Below are positions 50,924 to 61,647 of a stretch of 64,000 nucleotides of DNA, in pieces. The notes beneath the pieces are model-generated. The model was not told the origin of the DNA. It saw only the letters and a list, made by a program, of their open reading frames with translations, and searched no databases. Location: positions 3,648-67,647 of the forward strand of contig CAYNZJ010000001.1 of the NCBI GenBank assembly GCA_964401705.1, written 5' to 3'. The translations under genes were made by a program, and so were the position numbers. Source of the stretch: an uncultured Candidatus Saccharibacteria bacterium (GTDB lineage Bacteria > Patescibacteriota > Minisyncoccia > Phycocordibacterales > UBA9973). Each line of letters opens with the position of its first letter. Positions within the stretch are counted from its first letter, which is position 1.

Positions 50924-51825
50924 ATAAAATCTTCATTAATAGTAATATTGATATTATTTATATTTTTAGGTAACACCGGCCAGATTGGCCATGGGTTAGT
51001 CTTTAAAATAACTTCTTGAATATTCCCATTTGAATTTAATTGGTTTCTAACATTTTTTTGAGTTTTAAAAGTTAAATTATTTTTTATTTCATCAATATCA
51101 ATATTTGGCATCAAAACCATATCACCTTTTAAAATAAAAGAAACTTGATTACTTTTTATACCATTTATTTTTATATCACTCAAAAGCTCACAAGATAGAT
51201 TATCAATATTCTTCAAATGCTTATTTTCTAAATATAAATTACTTAATATAAATTTTTCTAAGCTACCTGAATCAAAAATCAGAACCGAAGTATCTGCTTT
51301 TAGATATTTTGGATTTTTACTACTATCAAAAACTGGTTCAGTATAAAGTATCCCGCTTTTACAATTACCTATCATTTTATAACCAGTGGGCATATCATAA
51401 ATCAAACGGTTACGGACCTTTTCATCTAGTTTAATTTTTGAAACCGAAAGTTGGTCAGAATTTTCAACTAAGACTTCTTCACTTATAGACATAACGCTAA
51501 CTTTCAAAGGTTTAGTCCAAGAATTTAAAGTAACTTCTTTGTTAAGTTTTTGAATATCTTTTTTGGGAATTATTGTTATATTAATAGAACTAAAAAAATA
51601 AAATCCAACCCATATTATTAATAAAATTATAGCTAATATTATTAATTTTCTTTTTATTCTACTACCTTTTTTTAATTCATTAGGGATTGATTCATAATGC
51701 GCATAATCTTTTGTTGTTTCTTTTAAAATTGGTTTTTGCTTAATGTCTTGCACAGTCAAATTACTCGAGACATTATTTGTCTTTTTTACTGATTTAATAT
51801 CCCCCATTTTTATTTTATTAACCAT
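50920..51825 (-). CDS. Hypothetical single-pass membrane protein
   Basis: One TM helix followed by ITIIPK; C-terminal PWPIWPVLPKN..NINI. Confidence 0.55.
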   Translation of the reverse strand: MVNKIKMGDIKSVKKTNNVSSNLTVQDIKQKPILKETTKDYAHYESIPNELKKGSRIKRKLIILAIILLIIWVGFYFFSSINITIIPKKDIQKLNKEVTLNSWTKPLKVSVMSISEEVLVENSDQLSVSKIKLDEKVRNRLIYDMPTGYKMIGNCKSGILYTEPVFDSSKNPKYLKADTSVLIFDSGSLEKFILSNLYLENKHLKNIDNLSCELLSDIKINGIKSNQVSFILKGDMVLMPNIDIDEIKNNLTFKTQKNVRNQLNSNGNIQEVILKTNPWPIWPVLPKNINNINITINEDFI

Positions 51826-51831
51826 ATTTTT

Positions 51832-52878
51832 TTAAAAATCTTCTTTAATGTAAAAATCTAACAATCTATCCCCGGACTCATTTATTATATCAGTATTTTT
51901 AATATTTATGTGTTTTTTATTAATTTCAAGATCTAATAAATATAAAAATAACTCATTCCAGATTTTATGTAACCCAAAAATCCTAACAGGTCTAGCTGGT
52001 TGTGGAATATTAGGATCAAAAATTTCTAATTTTTCTAAATTTCCACTAAAAGGCTTAAAAACATCCAGAATATCATTTTTTATCCGGACCATTTCATTTG
52101 TATTAAGCTCATTTTTTAAAAACATATTTAGCCAACTAATAGTTGAAAAATACGGTGTGTCCCATTTTTGTCCTAATTTTTCTAATATATTACAAAAACC
52201 AAATGGAATAGTCACACTACTTTTTAATGTGTTTGCACTGTATAATTTTATTATAGTATCGCTTGACCCTAACACAATATAAATATCGTTTGTTTTTATT
52301 TTAGTTAACCCATTTTTAATAATAAATGAACCACCAAAAGTAAAAGTTATTTTTGTTTTATCCCAAATATTTTCTATTGTATTTTTAATAAAAGATACAA
52401 ATTCATAATCCTCGGTAAATTTAGTTAAATAAATTTCAATTTCTTTTGCTTGTTTATTTAATGGTTCAGTATGAACATGCCCATCTAACAAAACTTTTTC
52501 AATTATATATGGATTATTTTGTTTCTTGAAAGATGTAAATTCTTTATCAATAAAAGAACTTAAAAAATTTTTAGTAACAACAAATTCTTTTGATCTTTTT
52601 TCTTTGATATGGCTATGGCTTTCTATAACCCATGGGTTTTCTAAAATTATACAAATTTCATCTAATAAAAAGTTATGTTTATTTTTAAAACTAATCAAAG
52701 TTTCTTTAAATAAAACCTCAATAGGTTTTACAGCTTCATTATTTAAATAAAATTTACGATCATAAAAAATACATTTATGATTTGATAAAAAAGCAATACC
52801 AATGCTTCTAGCATCTATTGATAGATAAAGTCTATTTATAGGTCTTTTATTTTTTTTATTTAAAAGCCATTTAAACAT
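51832..52878 (-). CDS. Hypothetical protein, possibly a degenerate FtsA/actin-like fold
   Basis: LSIDARSIG and IVLGSSDT resemble actin-fold phosphate loops. Confidence 0.45.
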   Translation of the reverse strand: MFKWLLNKKNKRPINRLYLSIDARSIGIAFLSNHKCIFYDRKFYLNNEAVKPIEVLFKETLISFKNKHNFLLDEICIILENPWVIESHSHIKEKRSKEFVVTKNFLSSFIDKEFTSFKKQNNPYIIEKVLLDGHVHTEPLNKQAKEIEIYLTKFTEDYEFVSFIKNTIENIWDKTKITFTFGGSFIIKNGLTKIKTNDIYIVLGSSDTIIKLYSANTLKSSVTIPFGFCNILEKLGQKWDTPYFSTISWLNMFLKNELNTNEMVRIKNDILDVFKPFSGNLEKLEIFDPNIPQPARPVRIFGLHKIWNELFLYLLDLEINKKHINIKNTDIINESGDRLLDFYIKEDF

Positions 52879-52881
52879 ATT

Positions 52882-54636
52882 TTATGTAAGCGTTGCTTTT
52901 ATACGACGTATACCTTGGGCAACGGCTTCTTCTTTTTGGATTTTAAATACACCTAGTTCGTTAGTATTATTTACATGTGGACCACCACAGAATTCAATAC
53001 TAAAAGGCGTGCCGTCTTGTTCAATTGAATAAACCGAGACCATTTCGGGATATTTTGCACCAAATTCCATTTCGGCACCTAACTTCTCGGCTTCTACTAG
53101 TGGCATTTCTTTGCGAACTACGGCCAAACCAGCCTTAATTTTTTCATTTACAATATCTTCTACCTGCTGTCTCTCAACATCTGTCATTTTGCGGTCAAAC
53201 ATAAAATCAATACGAAGTCGTTCTTCGGTAATGTTACTACCCCGTTGTTTTACACTTTTACCTAATACTTGTTGCAATGCGGCTAATAGTAAATGGTGGG
53301 CAGTGTGCAATTTAATAGTTTGTTCGTTGTGATTTGCAAGCCCACCCTTGAACATCCCAGCTGATGCTGTTTGTGATAATTTTTGATGCTCTTGCATTTT
53401 AGTATTAAAATCTTGCATATCAATAGCTATACCCTTTTCTTGTGCTAATTCCAAAGTTAATTCAATTGGAAAGCCATATGTAGTTGCTAAAATAAAAGGG
53501 TCAATACCTTTTTCGAATTCTTTCAATCCTTTTTCAAGTGTCTGCCTAAACTTTTCCATTTCATTTTTGAGAATTTGGATTTGAGTATTTTTTTCTAAAG
53601 AATCAATATTTGAATAAACACCATTATATAATTGCTGAAACATACCAAAAATTCTCTCTAAATCACTATCGTTTAAAAGCAATTGGTTTGCTTGAATCAT
53701 CATCCGACGAATCAAACGACGCAGAACATAACCTTGATCTTTATTATTTGGTAAAACTCCATCAGAAATTAAAAATACAGAACACCGCAAATGCTCGGCG
53801 ATTATTTTTATACTTTTTTCAAAATTATTTACACTATGATTTTTAATTTGATCAACAACATTACTAAACAAATCAGTTTCAAAAACATTCTTTTTGTTTT
53901 GCACAACCATTGTAATACGCTCCAGTCCCATACCGGTATCAACATTTTTTTGAGCTAGTTTGCCAATGACTTTGCCATCCTTTTTCTCGTACTCCATGAA
54001 TACGTTGTTCCAAATTTCAACAACACGGCCTTCGTCATCAGCTTGTACAAACCGATCATGAGTCATATCGCCTAATGGTTCGTCGTTTACATCATAAAAA
54101 ATTTCAGTATCGGGGCCACATGGGCCATTGTCGCCCGGGCTCCACCAGTTGTTTTTAGCAGGTAAAAAGTATATGCGGTTTTCGGGCATGTATTTCTTCC
54201 AAATCTCTACTGCCTCGTTATCGCGAGGAGCATTTTCATCACCTTCAAAAACAGTTACATAAATCCTATTTGGATCAAGACCAAGACCCTCAACTTTATC
54301 AGTCAAAAATTCGTAACTCCATCTTATAGATTCTTCTTTAAAATAATCACCCAGTGACCAATTACCAAGCATTTCAAAAAAAGTAAGATGACGATTGTCG
54401 CCAACCTCATCAATATCACCTGTTCGTACGCATTTTTGGCAACTAGCAAGTCTACTGCCCAGTGGATGTTTTTGGCCCATTAAATAAGGCACCAGTGGTT
54501 GCATACCGGCAGTATTAAACAATACCGATGGGTCATTCTCAGGCACTAAAGATGCCGAAGGTAGTATTTTATGTCCCCTTTTTTCAAAAAAATTTAAGAA
54601 TCTTTGACGGATTTCGTTGGATGTCATACTGAACAA
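52882..54636 (-). CDS. alaS: Alanine--tRNA ligase (short form)
   Basis: NTAGMQP, HLTFFEMLGNWS, GPCGPDTE, HTAHH, CGGPH. Confidence 0.95.
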   Translation of the reverse strand: MFSMTSNEIRQRFLNFFEKRGHKILPSASLVPENDPSVLFNTAGMQPLVPYLMGQKHPLGSRLASCQKCVRTGDIDEVGDNRHLTFFEMLGNWSLGDYFKEESIRWSYEFLTDKVEGLGLDPNRIYVTVFEGDENAPRDNEAVEIWKKYMPENRIYFLPAKNNWWSPGDNGPCGPDTEIFYDVNDEPLGDMTHDRFVQADDEGRVVEIWNNVFMEYEKKDGKVIGKLAQKNVDTGMGLERITMVVQNKKNVFETDLFSNVVDQIKNHSVNNFEKSIKIIAEHLRCSVFLISDGVLPNNKDQGYVLRRLIRRMMIQANQLLLNDSDLERIFGMFQQLYNGVYSNIDSLEKNTQIQILKNEMEKFRQTLEKGLKEFEKGIDPFILATTYGFPIELTLELAQEKGIAIDMQDFNTKMQEHQKLSQTASAGMFKGGLANHNEQTIKLHTAHHLLLAALQQVLGKSVKQRGSNITEERLRIDFMFDRKMTDVERQQVEDIVNEKIKAGLAVVRKEMPLVEAEKLGAEMEFGAKYPEMVSVYSIEQDGTPFSIEFCGGPHVNNTNELGVFKIQKEEAVAQGIRRIKATLT

Positions 54637-54676
54637 TATAACATTTTTAAGCTTAAAAATAAAATTAATTTATAAA

Positions 54677-55246
54677 TTAATATTTTCTGATGACACCTTT
54701 TACAATTGCCCAAATTTTTAAATCATTTACAGGGTAAATTGGCTTAAAATCCTTATTTGCGGGTTCAAGCCAAACCTTATCACCATCTTTTTTAAAATAT
54801 TTCATTGTAAATTCTCCATCAACTTCAGCAATTACTATTTGTCCATCGCGAGCAAACTGTGACTTTTCCGCTATAACCATATCACCATCAGCAATGTGAG
54901 CTTCTATCATTGAATTACCATCAACTTCTAGTATATAAGTAGAATCTTTTTTACGAATTAAAAAGTTGTTTAAATTAATTGTAGTTTCCATTACATCTTC
55001 CGATGGTGACGGAAAACCAGCCTTGACTAACCCTAATAATGGCACATCACCAAATGACGAACTAGGTATAAGCCGGCCCAGTGGGTCTTTTTCTACAATG
55101 CCTGCCTCTATAAGTTTTTCCACTAAACGGGCGACAGTATTTTTAGATTTAAAGTCAAATAATTTCATCATCTCAGTATAGGTAGGCATTCGGTTAGATG
55201 AAGCATAAAAATCGACAAGTTTATTTTTGTATTCGTTAATATTCAT
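54677..55246 (-). CDS. lexA: LexA-family repressor
   Basis: wHTH with PTYTE; AG cleavage site (KAGFPSP); GNSM serine; TMK lysine. Confidence 0.85.
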   Translation of the reverse strand: MNINEYKNKLVDFYASSNRMPTYTEMMKLFDFKSKNTVARLVEKLIEAGIVEKDPLGRLIPSSSFGDVPLLGLVKAGFPSPSEDVMETTINLNNFLIRKKDSTYILEVDGNSMIEAHIADGDMVIAEKSQFARDGQIVIAEVDGEFTMKYFKKDGDKVWLEPANKDFKPIYPVNDLKIWAIVKGVIRKY

Positions 55247-55249
55247 ATA

Positions 55250-55459
55250 TTAAAATTGTAAAGATGAAGCTGAAAAAAATTTAGAGAAAAAACTTTTTAC
55301 AGAATTCTTATGAGTATGTTGATAAATTCTTTTTAATAATAATTTGTGCTCTTTAGCTAATTCAAAATATTTCTCTCCAGAAATTATTCTTAAATCAATC
55401 TCTCTATTTATCTTTTGCAATTCTCGTTGCAAAGTTTGTATATATTGTTCTCTTGTCAT
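55250..55459 (-). CDS. Small hypothetical protein, co-transcribed with lexA
   Basis: 69 aa ORF ending 3 nt before lexA. Confidence 0.6.
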   Translation of the reverse strand: MTREQYIQTLQRELQKINREIDLRIISGEKYFELAKEHKLLLKRIYQHTHKNSVKSFFSKFFSASSLQF

Positions 55460-55465
55460 GTTTAT

Positions 55466-55494
55466 ATTATATGTGAACGCTCGTTCACATGCAA
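55466..55494 (-). promoter_or_regulatory. Promoter with SOS-box-like operator
   Basis: TTGCAT-17-TATAAT with palindrome ATGTGAACGCTCGTTCACAT (GAAC-N4-GTTC) across the spacer. Confidence 0.75.
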
Positions 55495-55514
55495 GAGATA
55501 ATACTGTGGATAAC

Positions 55515-56777
55515 TTAATTAATTATTTTTTCTTTAATAGCAACGTTATTCCCTGCTACAAATCCTGTAGTCCAACATAGTTGCAGTGAAAATCCACCTG
55601 ATGGTCGATTAATGTGTAATAAGTCCCCTGTGATGAATAAATTTTTGATTTTTTCTGATCGCATTGTGCGCATATCGATTTCATTTAGTGGGACACCACC
55701 GTCCGCAATTACGGCTCGGTCAAACCCCATCAGCCCGGTGATAGTCAAAGGTAGTGCCTTTAAAGTATCTACAATGTATTTACGTTCATCTTTAGTGATT
55801 GAATGTACCTTTTTATCAATATCGATTTTATCTTGGAGCAATATTAGTATACCTTTACTCATACCTTCGGGGACTATTTCTTTAATCATATTTTTAAATA
55901 ATTTATTTTTATTCTCATCAAAAATTGTAATTATTTTTTTATCAAGTGCGCCTAAATCAGTATCGGGATACATATCGATTTTGGCAGTAACAATATTAGT
56001 ATGCAGTAAATCCGAAACTAAATAAGCACTGTTTAATATAAGTGGCCCTGATAAACCAAAATGAGTGAACAAAACTTTACCAGTTCTGGAAAAAGCTTTT
56101 TTACCTTCAGCATAAAAAGTAATCTTCATAAATGACAATGATGTTCCAGATAATGCTTTACTCCATTTTTCTGCAGTAGCTAGTGGTACAATTGATGGTG
56201 TTGGTTTAGCTACATTGTGACCTAAATCTTTTAACCATTTAAAACCGTCTCCAGTGGACCCAGTCTCAGGATGAGACAAACTACCCGTAGCTAAAACATA
56301 GTCTTGCGCAATATATTCTTTATCACCACACATTATGCTTGTAATTACATTGTCTTTAGTATTTATTTTAGTTACTGGCGATGATGTATGAATTGTTACA
56401 TTTTTATTAGTTACGTATTTTTCCATAACTTTATACACATCTTCAGCTTTTTCTGTATGTGGAAATGCGCGCTGGCGAGCTTGAACAACTAATGGTAATC
56501 CCCGTTTTTCAAAAAAATCAAAAGTATCTTGCGCATTAAATTGTGCAAATAAAGAATAAAGAAATTTTTCCGCTTTACCATAAATTGATAAAAATTTACG
56601 GATATCTTTTTCAGCATTGGTTACGTTAGACCGGCCTCCACCACCAATACGGATTTTCTCGCCCATGCGTTTGTTTTTCTCCAGCAGTAGTACCTTTTTA
56701 CCTAGTTCGGACGCTCGTCCAGCGCTCATCATACCTGATGCTCCACCACCAATAACAATTACATCATATTTTTCCAT
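55515..56777 (-). CDS. HI0933/BaiN-family flavoprotein
   Basis: GGGASG, GEKIRIGGGGRSNVTN, FTHFGLSGP, GGFSLQ. Confidence 0.9.
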   Translation of the reverse strand: MEKYDVIVIGGGASGMMSAGRASELGKKVLLLEKNKRMGEKIRIGGGGRSNVTNAEKDIRKFLSIYGKAEKFLYSLFAQFNAQDTFDFFEKRGLPLVVQARQRAFPHTEKAEDVYKVMEKYVTNKNVTIHTSSPVTKINTKDNVITSIMCGDKEYIAQDYVLATGSLSHPETGSTGDGFKWLKDLGHNVAKPTPSIVPLATAEKWSKALSGTSLSFMKITFYAEGKKAFSRTGKVLFTHFGLSGPLILNSAYLVSDLLHTNIVTAKIDMYPDTDLGALDKKIITIFDENKNKLFKNMIKEIVPEGMSKGILILLQDKIDIDKKVHSITKDERKYIVDTLKALPLTITGLMGFDRAVIADGGVPLNEIDMRTMRSEKIKNLFITGDLLHINRPSGGFSLQLCWTTGFVAGNNVAIKEKIIN

Positions 56778-56815
56778 ATATCTAAAAACTATAGCAAAAA
56801 ATCATTTAAAAGTCT

Positions 56816-57322
56816 TTAAACTATTTTATACGCCCAGTGGAGCAAGGCTTGGCGTTGGCGTGGGCGACACTGCGTGTCGCCCACGCGACAGTTCGCTTGT
56901 ATTTGGCCAATATGTCGGCGCATCGCCTTCCACCTTTTTATTTGCCTTGCGTCTTCATCTGGTATACGGCGCCCCATATAGTACCGACAATACCATTGAA
57001 ACCAGCCCCTAGGGTCTTCTTTATATATCCAACCCTTGGCCCGCCAAACCGACAATGGTTGCGATGCATTTACTTTAAAGTAATTTAAATTTTTCTCGCG
57101 TTTGTCCCCCTTTGCAAACTTGGCTTTTGTAAACCAATCTTTTGGGAATTCTTTACTGCAGTCACGCATATAAACACCACCAAACACACCCATGGATAGC
57201 ATTTGTTTAGGTGTAATATTTGGTTTAAATTCTTTATCAAAATTTTTACCTACAGGCTCGGTTAAAAAATATACATAACCTTTTTGCATTTTGTCGTTTA
57301 CTGTAACCTTTTTTGATTTCAT
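56816..57322 (-). CDS. Conserved hypothetical basic protein
   Basis: TPKQMLSMGVFGG, DPRGWFQWYCRYYMGRR, RQALLHWAY. Confidence 0.7.
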   Translation of the reverse strand: MKSKKVTVNDKMQKGYVYFLTEPVGKNFDKEFKPNITPKQMLSMGVFGGVYMRDCSKEFPKDWFTKAKFAKGDKREKNLNYFKVNASQPLSVWRAKGWIYKEDPRGWFQWYCRYYMGRRIPDEDARQIKRWKAMRRHIGQIQANCRVGDTQCRPRQRQALLHWAYKIV

Positions 57323-57331
57323 ATTATAAAA

Positions 57332-57631
57332 CTATTTTAACATAATGTTTACTTTTATTTCGTCTCCTGCAAAAAGGCCTTCGTTTTTTAAAACCTTTTT
57401 ATTTATGCATAGTAGATAATCAACTTGTTTGCTAATTTTTTTATTAGGCGTGTGTGGAAAAAGCGATGTCGCCCACTCGCTTTTCCCGCACTTGGCAACT
57501 ATTGGTACAAACCCCCGTGTATAAACACTGCGAATTTGTGCCGACAACTTTTTATCAAGTGTTATAAAATGCCAACCGCCATTTCCTGGCCAACGCCAAA
57601 TTTTTGCTTTTACAATAAAATATTTCTTCAT
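57332..57631 (-). CDS. DUF1905-like protein
   Basis: GGWHFITL...WATSLFP...GDEIKV. Confidence 0.7.
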   Translation of the reverse strand: MKKYFIVKAKIWRWPGNGGWHFITLDKKLSAQIRSVYTRGFVPIVAKCGKSEWATSLFPHTPNKKISKQVDYLLCINKKVLKNEGLFAGDEIKVNIMLK

Positions 57632-57718
57632 TCTTATATTAAATAAATAATATTATAATTCATGTTTTAATAATAATGTTTATTCAGTTTTTATATATTA
57701 TACAAACTATTAAACCTT

Positions 57719-58186
57719 TTAATTTAATACTGCCTTTGTAAAAGGAACAGAAAAAGCCTTGCACCAAACCCATACTTCTGCCGGGTCTACACCTGCTGGT
57801 AATTCATAATTTTGAGCACCAATATTACCTTTTAATTTTCCTAATTCACTACCTTTTATATATTTACCATTTTCCCCCAGCCCAACATATAAATCTGGAC
57901 CATTGTTTACAGTGAAATCTTCTTCGAAACGTATATAATTTTTATCTCCAATTTTTATAACACTAGCTGTACCTGACCCTGTATGTACTTTATCAAAGCC
58001 TGTAAACTGACCTTGTTTTAATTTAACAATTTGTTGATCAACATTATTAGCTTGATCTTCTAGTAAAGAATTATCTACTGTTGGTAAAGATTCATTAACT
58101 TCATTATTAATAAAAAAAGGAGAAACAAACCAATACCCTATACTCAACACCCCGATAACTAAAACAAATATAAAAATTTTTTTCAT
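57719..58186 (-). CDS. DM13-domain protein
   Basis: [34 protein letters not shown]. Confidence 0.85.
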   Translation of the reverse strand: MKKIFIFVLVIGVLSIGYWFVSPFFINNEVNESLPTVDNSLLEDQANNVDQQIVKLKQGQFTGFDKVHTGSGTASVIKIGDKNYIRFEEDFTVNNGPDLYVGLGENGKYIKGSELGKLKGNIGAQNYELPAGVDPAEVWVWCKAFSVPFTKAVLN

Positions 58187-58560
58187 AAAGATATTATATC
58201 ATTTCCCTCTATAAATTTTAATGATATTGAATTTACGCAATGGCGAATGTTTTTATCGGTTAGCATTTCGCCCTCAAATACATGACCTAAATGCCCACCA
58301 CAATTGGCACACGTGATTTCAGTCCTTATACCATCGGTATCAAGCGTGCGTTTTACCGCGCCTTCAATCTCTTGGTCAAAGCTTGGCCAGCCACAAGTAC
58401 TTTCAAATTTATCTTTTGAATTATACATTGGCGCATTACATTGCCGGCACACATACACACCGTGGGCAGTATTGTTAACATATTCACCTGTAAAAGGCAT
58501 TTCGGTACCCTTGCCCAATATTACCCTCTTTTCTTCGTCTGTTAGATCGTTTAATTGCAT
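58183..58560 (-). CDS. msrB: Methionine-R-sulfoxide reductase
   Basis: [26 protein letters not shown]. Confidence 0.95.
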   Translation of the reverse strand: MQLNDLTDEEKRVILGKGTEMPFTGEYVNNTAHGVYVCRQCNAPMYNSKDKFESTCGWPSFDQEIEGAVKRTLDTDGIRTEITCANCGGHLGHVFEGEMLTDKNIRHCVNSISLKFIEGNDIISL

Positions 58561-58564
58561 AAAT

Positions 58565-59011
58565 TTATTTTACAATATACCAAACCAGCATTGCCAAACC
58601 ACCCCACCAACCAATATCTGAAATTATCAAACTTACCATAATTTTATTTTGCAATGTTTGTGGCAACAATTCGCTCGCCCTACCCTCGGCCTCTGTTTTT
58701 AATAAAAACGGGCTTACATAAAATGATAAAAATATTCCGTTTAAAATCAAAACTATTGCAATAATTGCATGGTACATTGGTACGGAAGCTATTGGCACAT
58801 TGCGGTAAAAAATAAATCCACCAATAATTGCAAGTATCATACCCACCCAAATCATGGGCTTGGTTACTTTGTGAGTGCGAATTGTCGCCTCGGTCCAATA
58901 GCTAGACTTGCGCCCCAAAAATCCATGAATATCAATAACACTCACAGCACCCAGGCCTATAACAAAGCCAGCGATCATAACAAATAAACCAATAAAATTT
59001 AATGTAATCAT
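58565..59011 (-). CDS. Hypothetical 4-TM membrane protein
   Basis: Start MITLNF overlaps the tspO stop. Confidence 0.65.
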   Translation of the reverse strand: MITLNFIGLFVMIAGFVIGLGAVSVIDIHGFLGRKSSYWTEATIRTHKVTKPMIWVGMILAIIGGFIFYRNVPIASVPMYHAIIAIVLILNGIFLSFYVSPFLLKTEAEGRASELLPQTLQNKIMVSLIISDIGWWGGLAMLVWYIVK

Positions 59012-59406
59012 TATCTGTTTAAATAAGTAATTGTTAATTGCAAAACTGTCGCAAAGCTTACCCATAATAAGTATGGTATTTGCATATACACCACCCATTT
59101 CGCATGCGGGTATATTGCAATCATTAACCAAATTATTGTAGCCAATACCAATACAATATCAACTGCAGCCAATAAATTATTTTTCAAACCAAATTGAAAA
59201 TAAGTAAAAGAAAAATTAAAAATCAAATTCAATATAAATGGCAGTGCCACAATAAAAGGAATTTGTTTTTGATAAAGCATTATAAAAACCTTACCAAATG
59301 ATATTGCAATCAATGTGTATAAGAAACTCCACACTGGCCCAAATAAAAAGCTTGGCGGCGCCCAACTTGGCCTAATCAATGTGCTGTACCAATTGTATGA
59401 TTCCAT
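59011..59406 (-). CDS. tspO: TspO/MBR tryptophan-rich sensory protein
   Basis: WY..LIRPSWAPP..LFGPVW, PYLLWVSFA. Confidence 0.9.
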   Translation of the reverse strand: MESYNWYSTLIRPSWAPPSFLFGPVWSFLYTLIAISFGKVFIMLYQKQIPFIVALPFILNLIFNFSFTYFQFGLKNNLLAAVDIVLVLATIIWLMIAIYPHAKWVVYMQIPYLLWVSFATVLQLTITYLNR

Positions 59407-59426
59407 ATATTTATTATACCACAGGC

Positions 59427-59819
59427 CTATATACCCATAAAAACAATCAAACCAGAGGTTAAAAATACAAACACGTGGTACCACGGGTGTGATTTATTAT
59501 AATCACCAAACTTAAAACCGTAAATAAAAAACAGTATTGTTAGCGACAATAATATAGCCAAAGGCATTTGCCATTCGCCACCAACCTTATTAAATATAAA
59601 ATAGTACATATATGCGTGCGCCCCAATACCTACCACCCAGTCGGCAGTTCGCGCAAAAACAAAAAGTTTTGATTTGCGATTGTATAAACTTAAATAGTGA
59701 TACATTGGCGATGCCACGCACAGCCCCACACAGAATGCAAAATACAACCACTCGCCTTTCCAAGCAGAAATCAATGTCGGCACAAGTAAAAAAATATTTG
59801 AAGTTAAAATTTTCGGCAT
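59427..59819 (-). CDS. Hypothetical membrane protein
   Basis: Multiple TM helices with SPMYH, D and HPWYH motifs. Confidence 0.6.
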   Translation of the reverse strand: MPKILTSNIFLLVPTLISAWKGEWLYFAFCVGLCVASPMYHYLSLYNRKSKLFVFARTADWVVGIGAHAYMYYFIFNKVGGEWQMPLAILLSLTILFFIYGFKFGDYNKSHPWYHVFVFLTSGLIVFMGI

Positions 59820-59820
59820 G

Positions 59821-60192
59821 TTATATAAAAATGATTATATAATAATAAATCAAGCAAAGCACCACCCACGCAATTGAAAATTTCGGACAAATTAGGCCTT
59901 TATAATTGAGCCACTCCCCACTATAATCCCAAAGCATAATATTTTTGTATTTCAAGTATGTGTAGCCAGTTATAAATTCGATGCTTGTTGTAAAAACTAA
60001 AATCAATATTATTAAAATATAAATTGGTAAATTATATTGCGACAAAATGTACAAAAATGCAGTGCTTAAACCATACATTTGCAAGTTTATAAAAAGTGGC
60101 CAAACTATTTTTTTGGCATTAATCGATCGGTATAGGAATTCTAAAACAAACCCAAAACCTAAACCAATTAAATAGTGTATTAGTATTTGCAT
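59821..60192 (-). CDS. Putative ABC transporter permease-like membrane protein
   Basis: EFITG, LWDYS, NYKGLICPKFS. Confidence 0.7.
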   Translation of the reverse strand: MQILIHYLIGLGFGFVLEFLYRSINAKKIVWPLFINLQMYGLSTAFLYILSQYNLPIYILIILILVFTTSIEFITGYTYLKYKNIMLWDYSGEWLNYKGLICPKFSIAWVVLCLIYYYIIIFI

Positions 60193-60287
60193 GGGTTTAT
60201 TTTAACACACTCGCAATGACTATTTTTATCATGCTTTGATTTGACATTTAACTATTTTAGTGTTAATTTAAAGAAAATTTAGATACA

Positions 60288-60770
60288 ATGGAATTAATAG
60301 ATTTCAACCAAAAACCAACATCAATAGCGCCATACGAATTTGGCCAAGATGTAAATCGGGAAAATTTTGTAAATTTTCTAATCCTTAGTTATGCTGTTTC
60401 CAGAGGAAACTTTGTAATCCAAAAAGTATTCTTTGTAATGTATGAGAAAAAATTCAACTTCCCTTATAAACAAGTAATTCAGGATTTTTATGAAAGTGGC
60501 GGGTACGATGCGTTCACCGAAGAAGAACAACAAATCTTTCAAAAAGCATTTCGTGGCGTTTCTGCTCATATGGAAAAGTATATTGAGATGGAAATTGAGG
60601 ACGAAATTCGAGATGAAATCGATGGCCTATGTGATAGACCAGAAAGTGAAAGAGAAATTATTTTCAACTCGGCACTAAATTTCTTTAATTTTGATTCTAT
60701 TAATTCAGTTCTTGAATTCAACAAAATAGCAAAAGAATTTAATGGCAGAACTGAATCTTCGTTAAATTAA
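60288..60770 (+). CDS. Hypothetical acidic protein
   Basis: 160 aa ORF; TTGACA at 60241; terminator at about 60789-60815. Confidence 0.55.
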   Translation: MELIDFNQKPTSIAPYEFGQDVNRENFVNFLILSYAVSRGNFVIQKVFFVMYEKKFNFPYKQVIQDFYESGGYDAFTEEEQQIFQKAFRGVSAHMEKYIEMEIEDEIRDEIDGLCDRPESEREIIFNSALNFFNFDSINSVLEFNKIAKEFNGRTESSLN

Positions 60771-60859
60771 AAAACTTAATACATTTACAAGGCGAGTATA
60801 AACCTCGCCTTTTTTATTTAGCTTAAGAGTAGATTATTTTTTGAAATATAAAAAACAAA

Positions 60860-61567
60860 TTACCCTTTATACTTCAAAAACCTCTTCCTCTTCCCCTCTT
60901 CCATTCGTTCAATCGCATAGCGCAATGTTGTGCGGGGTAGGTTTTTATAATTTTTGATCAAAAAGTCTTCGCAAGTTTTTGCATCCTTCTTCCACACTTC
61001 GCGCAAGGCCCAGCCCACGGCTTTGTGCATTAGGTCTTCTTTGTCGGCCAAAAGCTTTTTAGCAATGCGCAGTATTGGCCCATAAACGCCGTATTTAATA
61101 CTTGCCATTGTGGCAATTATTGCCACGCGCCGGTACCACATACTTTTTGATACTGCTAATTCATCTAAAACATTCTTACTAGCAAGTCCTTTATACACCG
61201 CCATACCCAATATTCTACTAGCTGACAAATCTACCAAATCCCAATTGTTTACCCTTTTTAAATTCTTTAAATAAAAGTCCAGCACCTTTTGCTTTACCCT
61301 TTCATCACTTGCCCGTTCGTATTGTTTAACCAATATCAAAATACCCACAAGCCTAACCTCGTGTATTGGCGAATTCAAAGCCTGCCTAATATCGGCAAAT
61401 CCAAGGTGCGCAAATTTACCAACCACCTTGCGCGCATCGGGGTTATTAACACCCATAAATTTATCACCCTCGCCATATTGCCCCACCCCAGTTTTAAAAA
61501 ACCATTCATTAGACTTTTGCCGTTTGGCGCTGGCGTACTTTTTTAATTCGTTATAAATTTCGGACAT
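60860..61567 (-). CDS. DNA alkylation repair protein (AlkD-like)
   Basis: FFKTGVGQYGEGD, NNWDLVD, HKAVGWALRE, RTTLRYAIE. Confidence 0.88.
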   Translation of the reverse strand: MSEIYNELKKYASAKRQKSNEWFFKTGVGQYGEGDKFMGVNNPDARKVVGKFAHLGFADIRQALNSPIHEVRLVGILILVKQYERASDERVKQKVLDFYLKNLKRVNNWDLVDLSASRILGMAVYKGLASKNVLDELAVSKSMWYRRVAIIATMASIKYGVYGPILRIAKKLLADKEDLMHKAVGWALREVWKKDAKTCEDFLIKNYKNLPRTTLRYAIERMEEGKRKRFLKYKG

Positions 61568-61647
61568 TATTTTTTGTTTAACTCGCTCAAAATACCTGAA
61601 GTTAAATTTTACACATAATAAGCTTCATATAATTAACCGAGCTTTAA

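Noticed and set aside
52882-54636. alaS as a pseudogene
   Set aside because: Catalytic and editing motifs are intact; loss of the C-terminal domain fits a streamlined form
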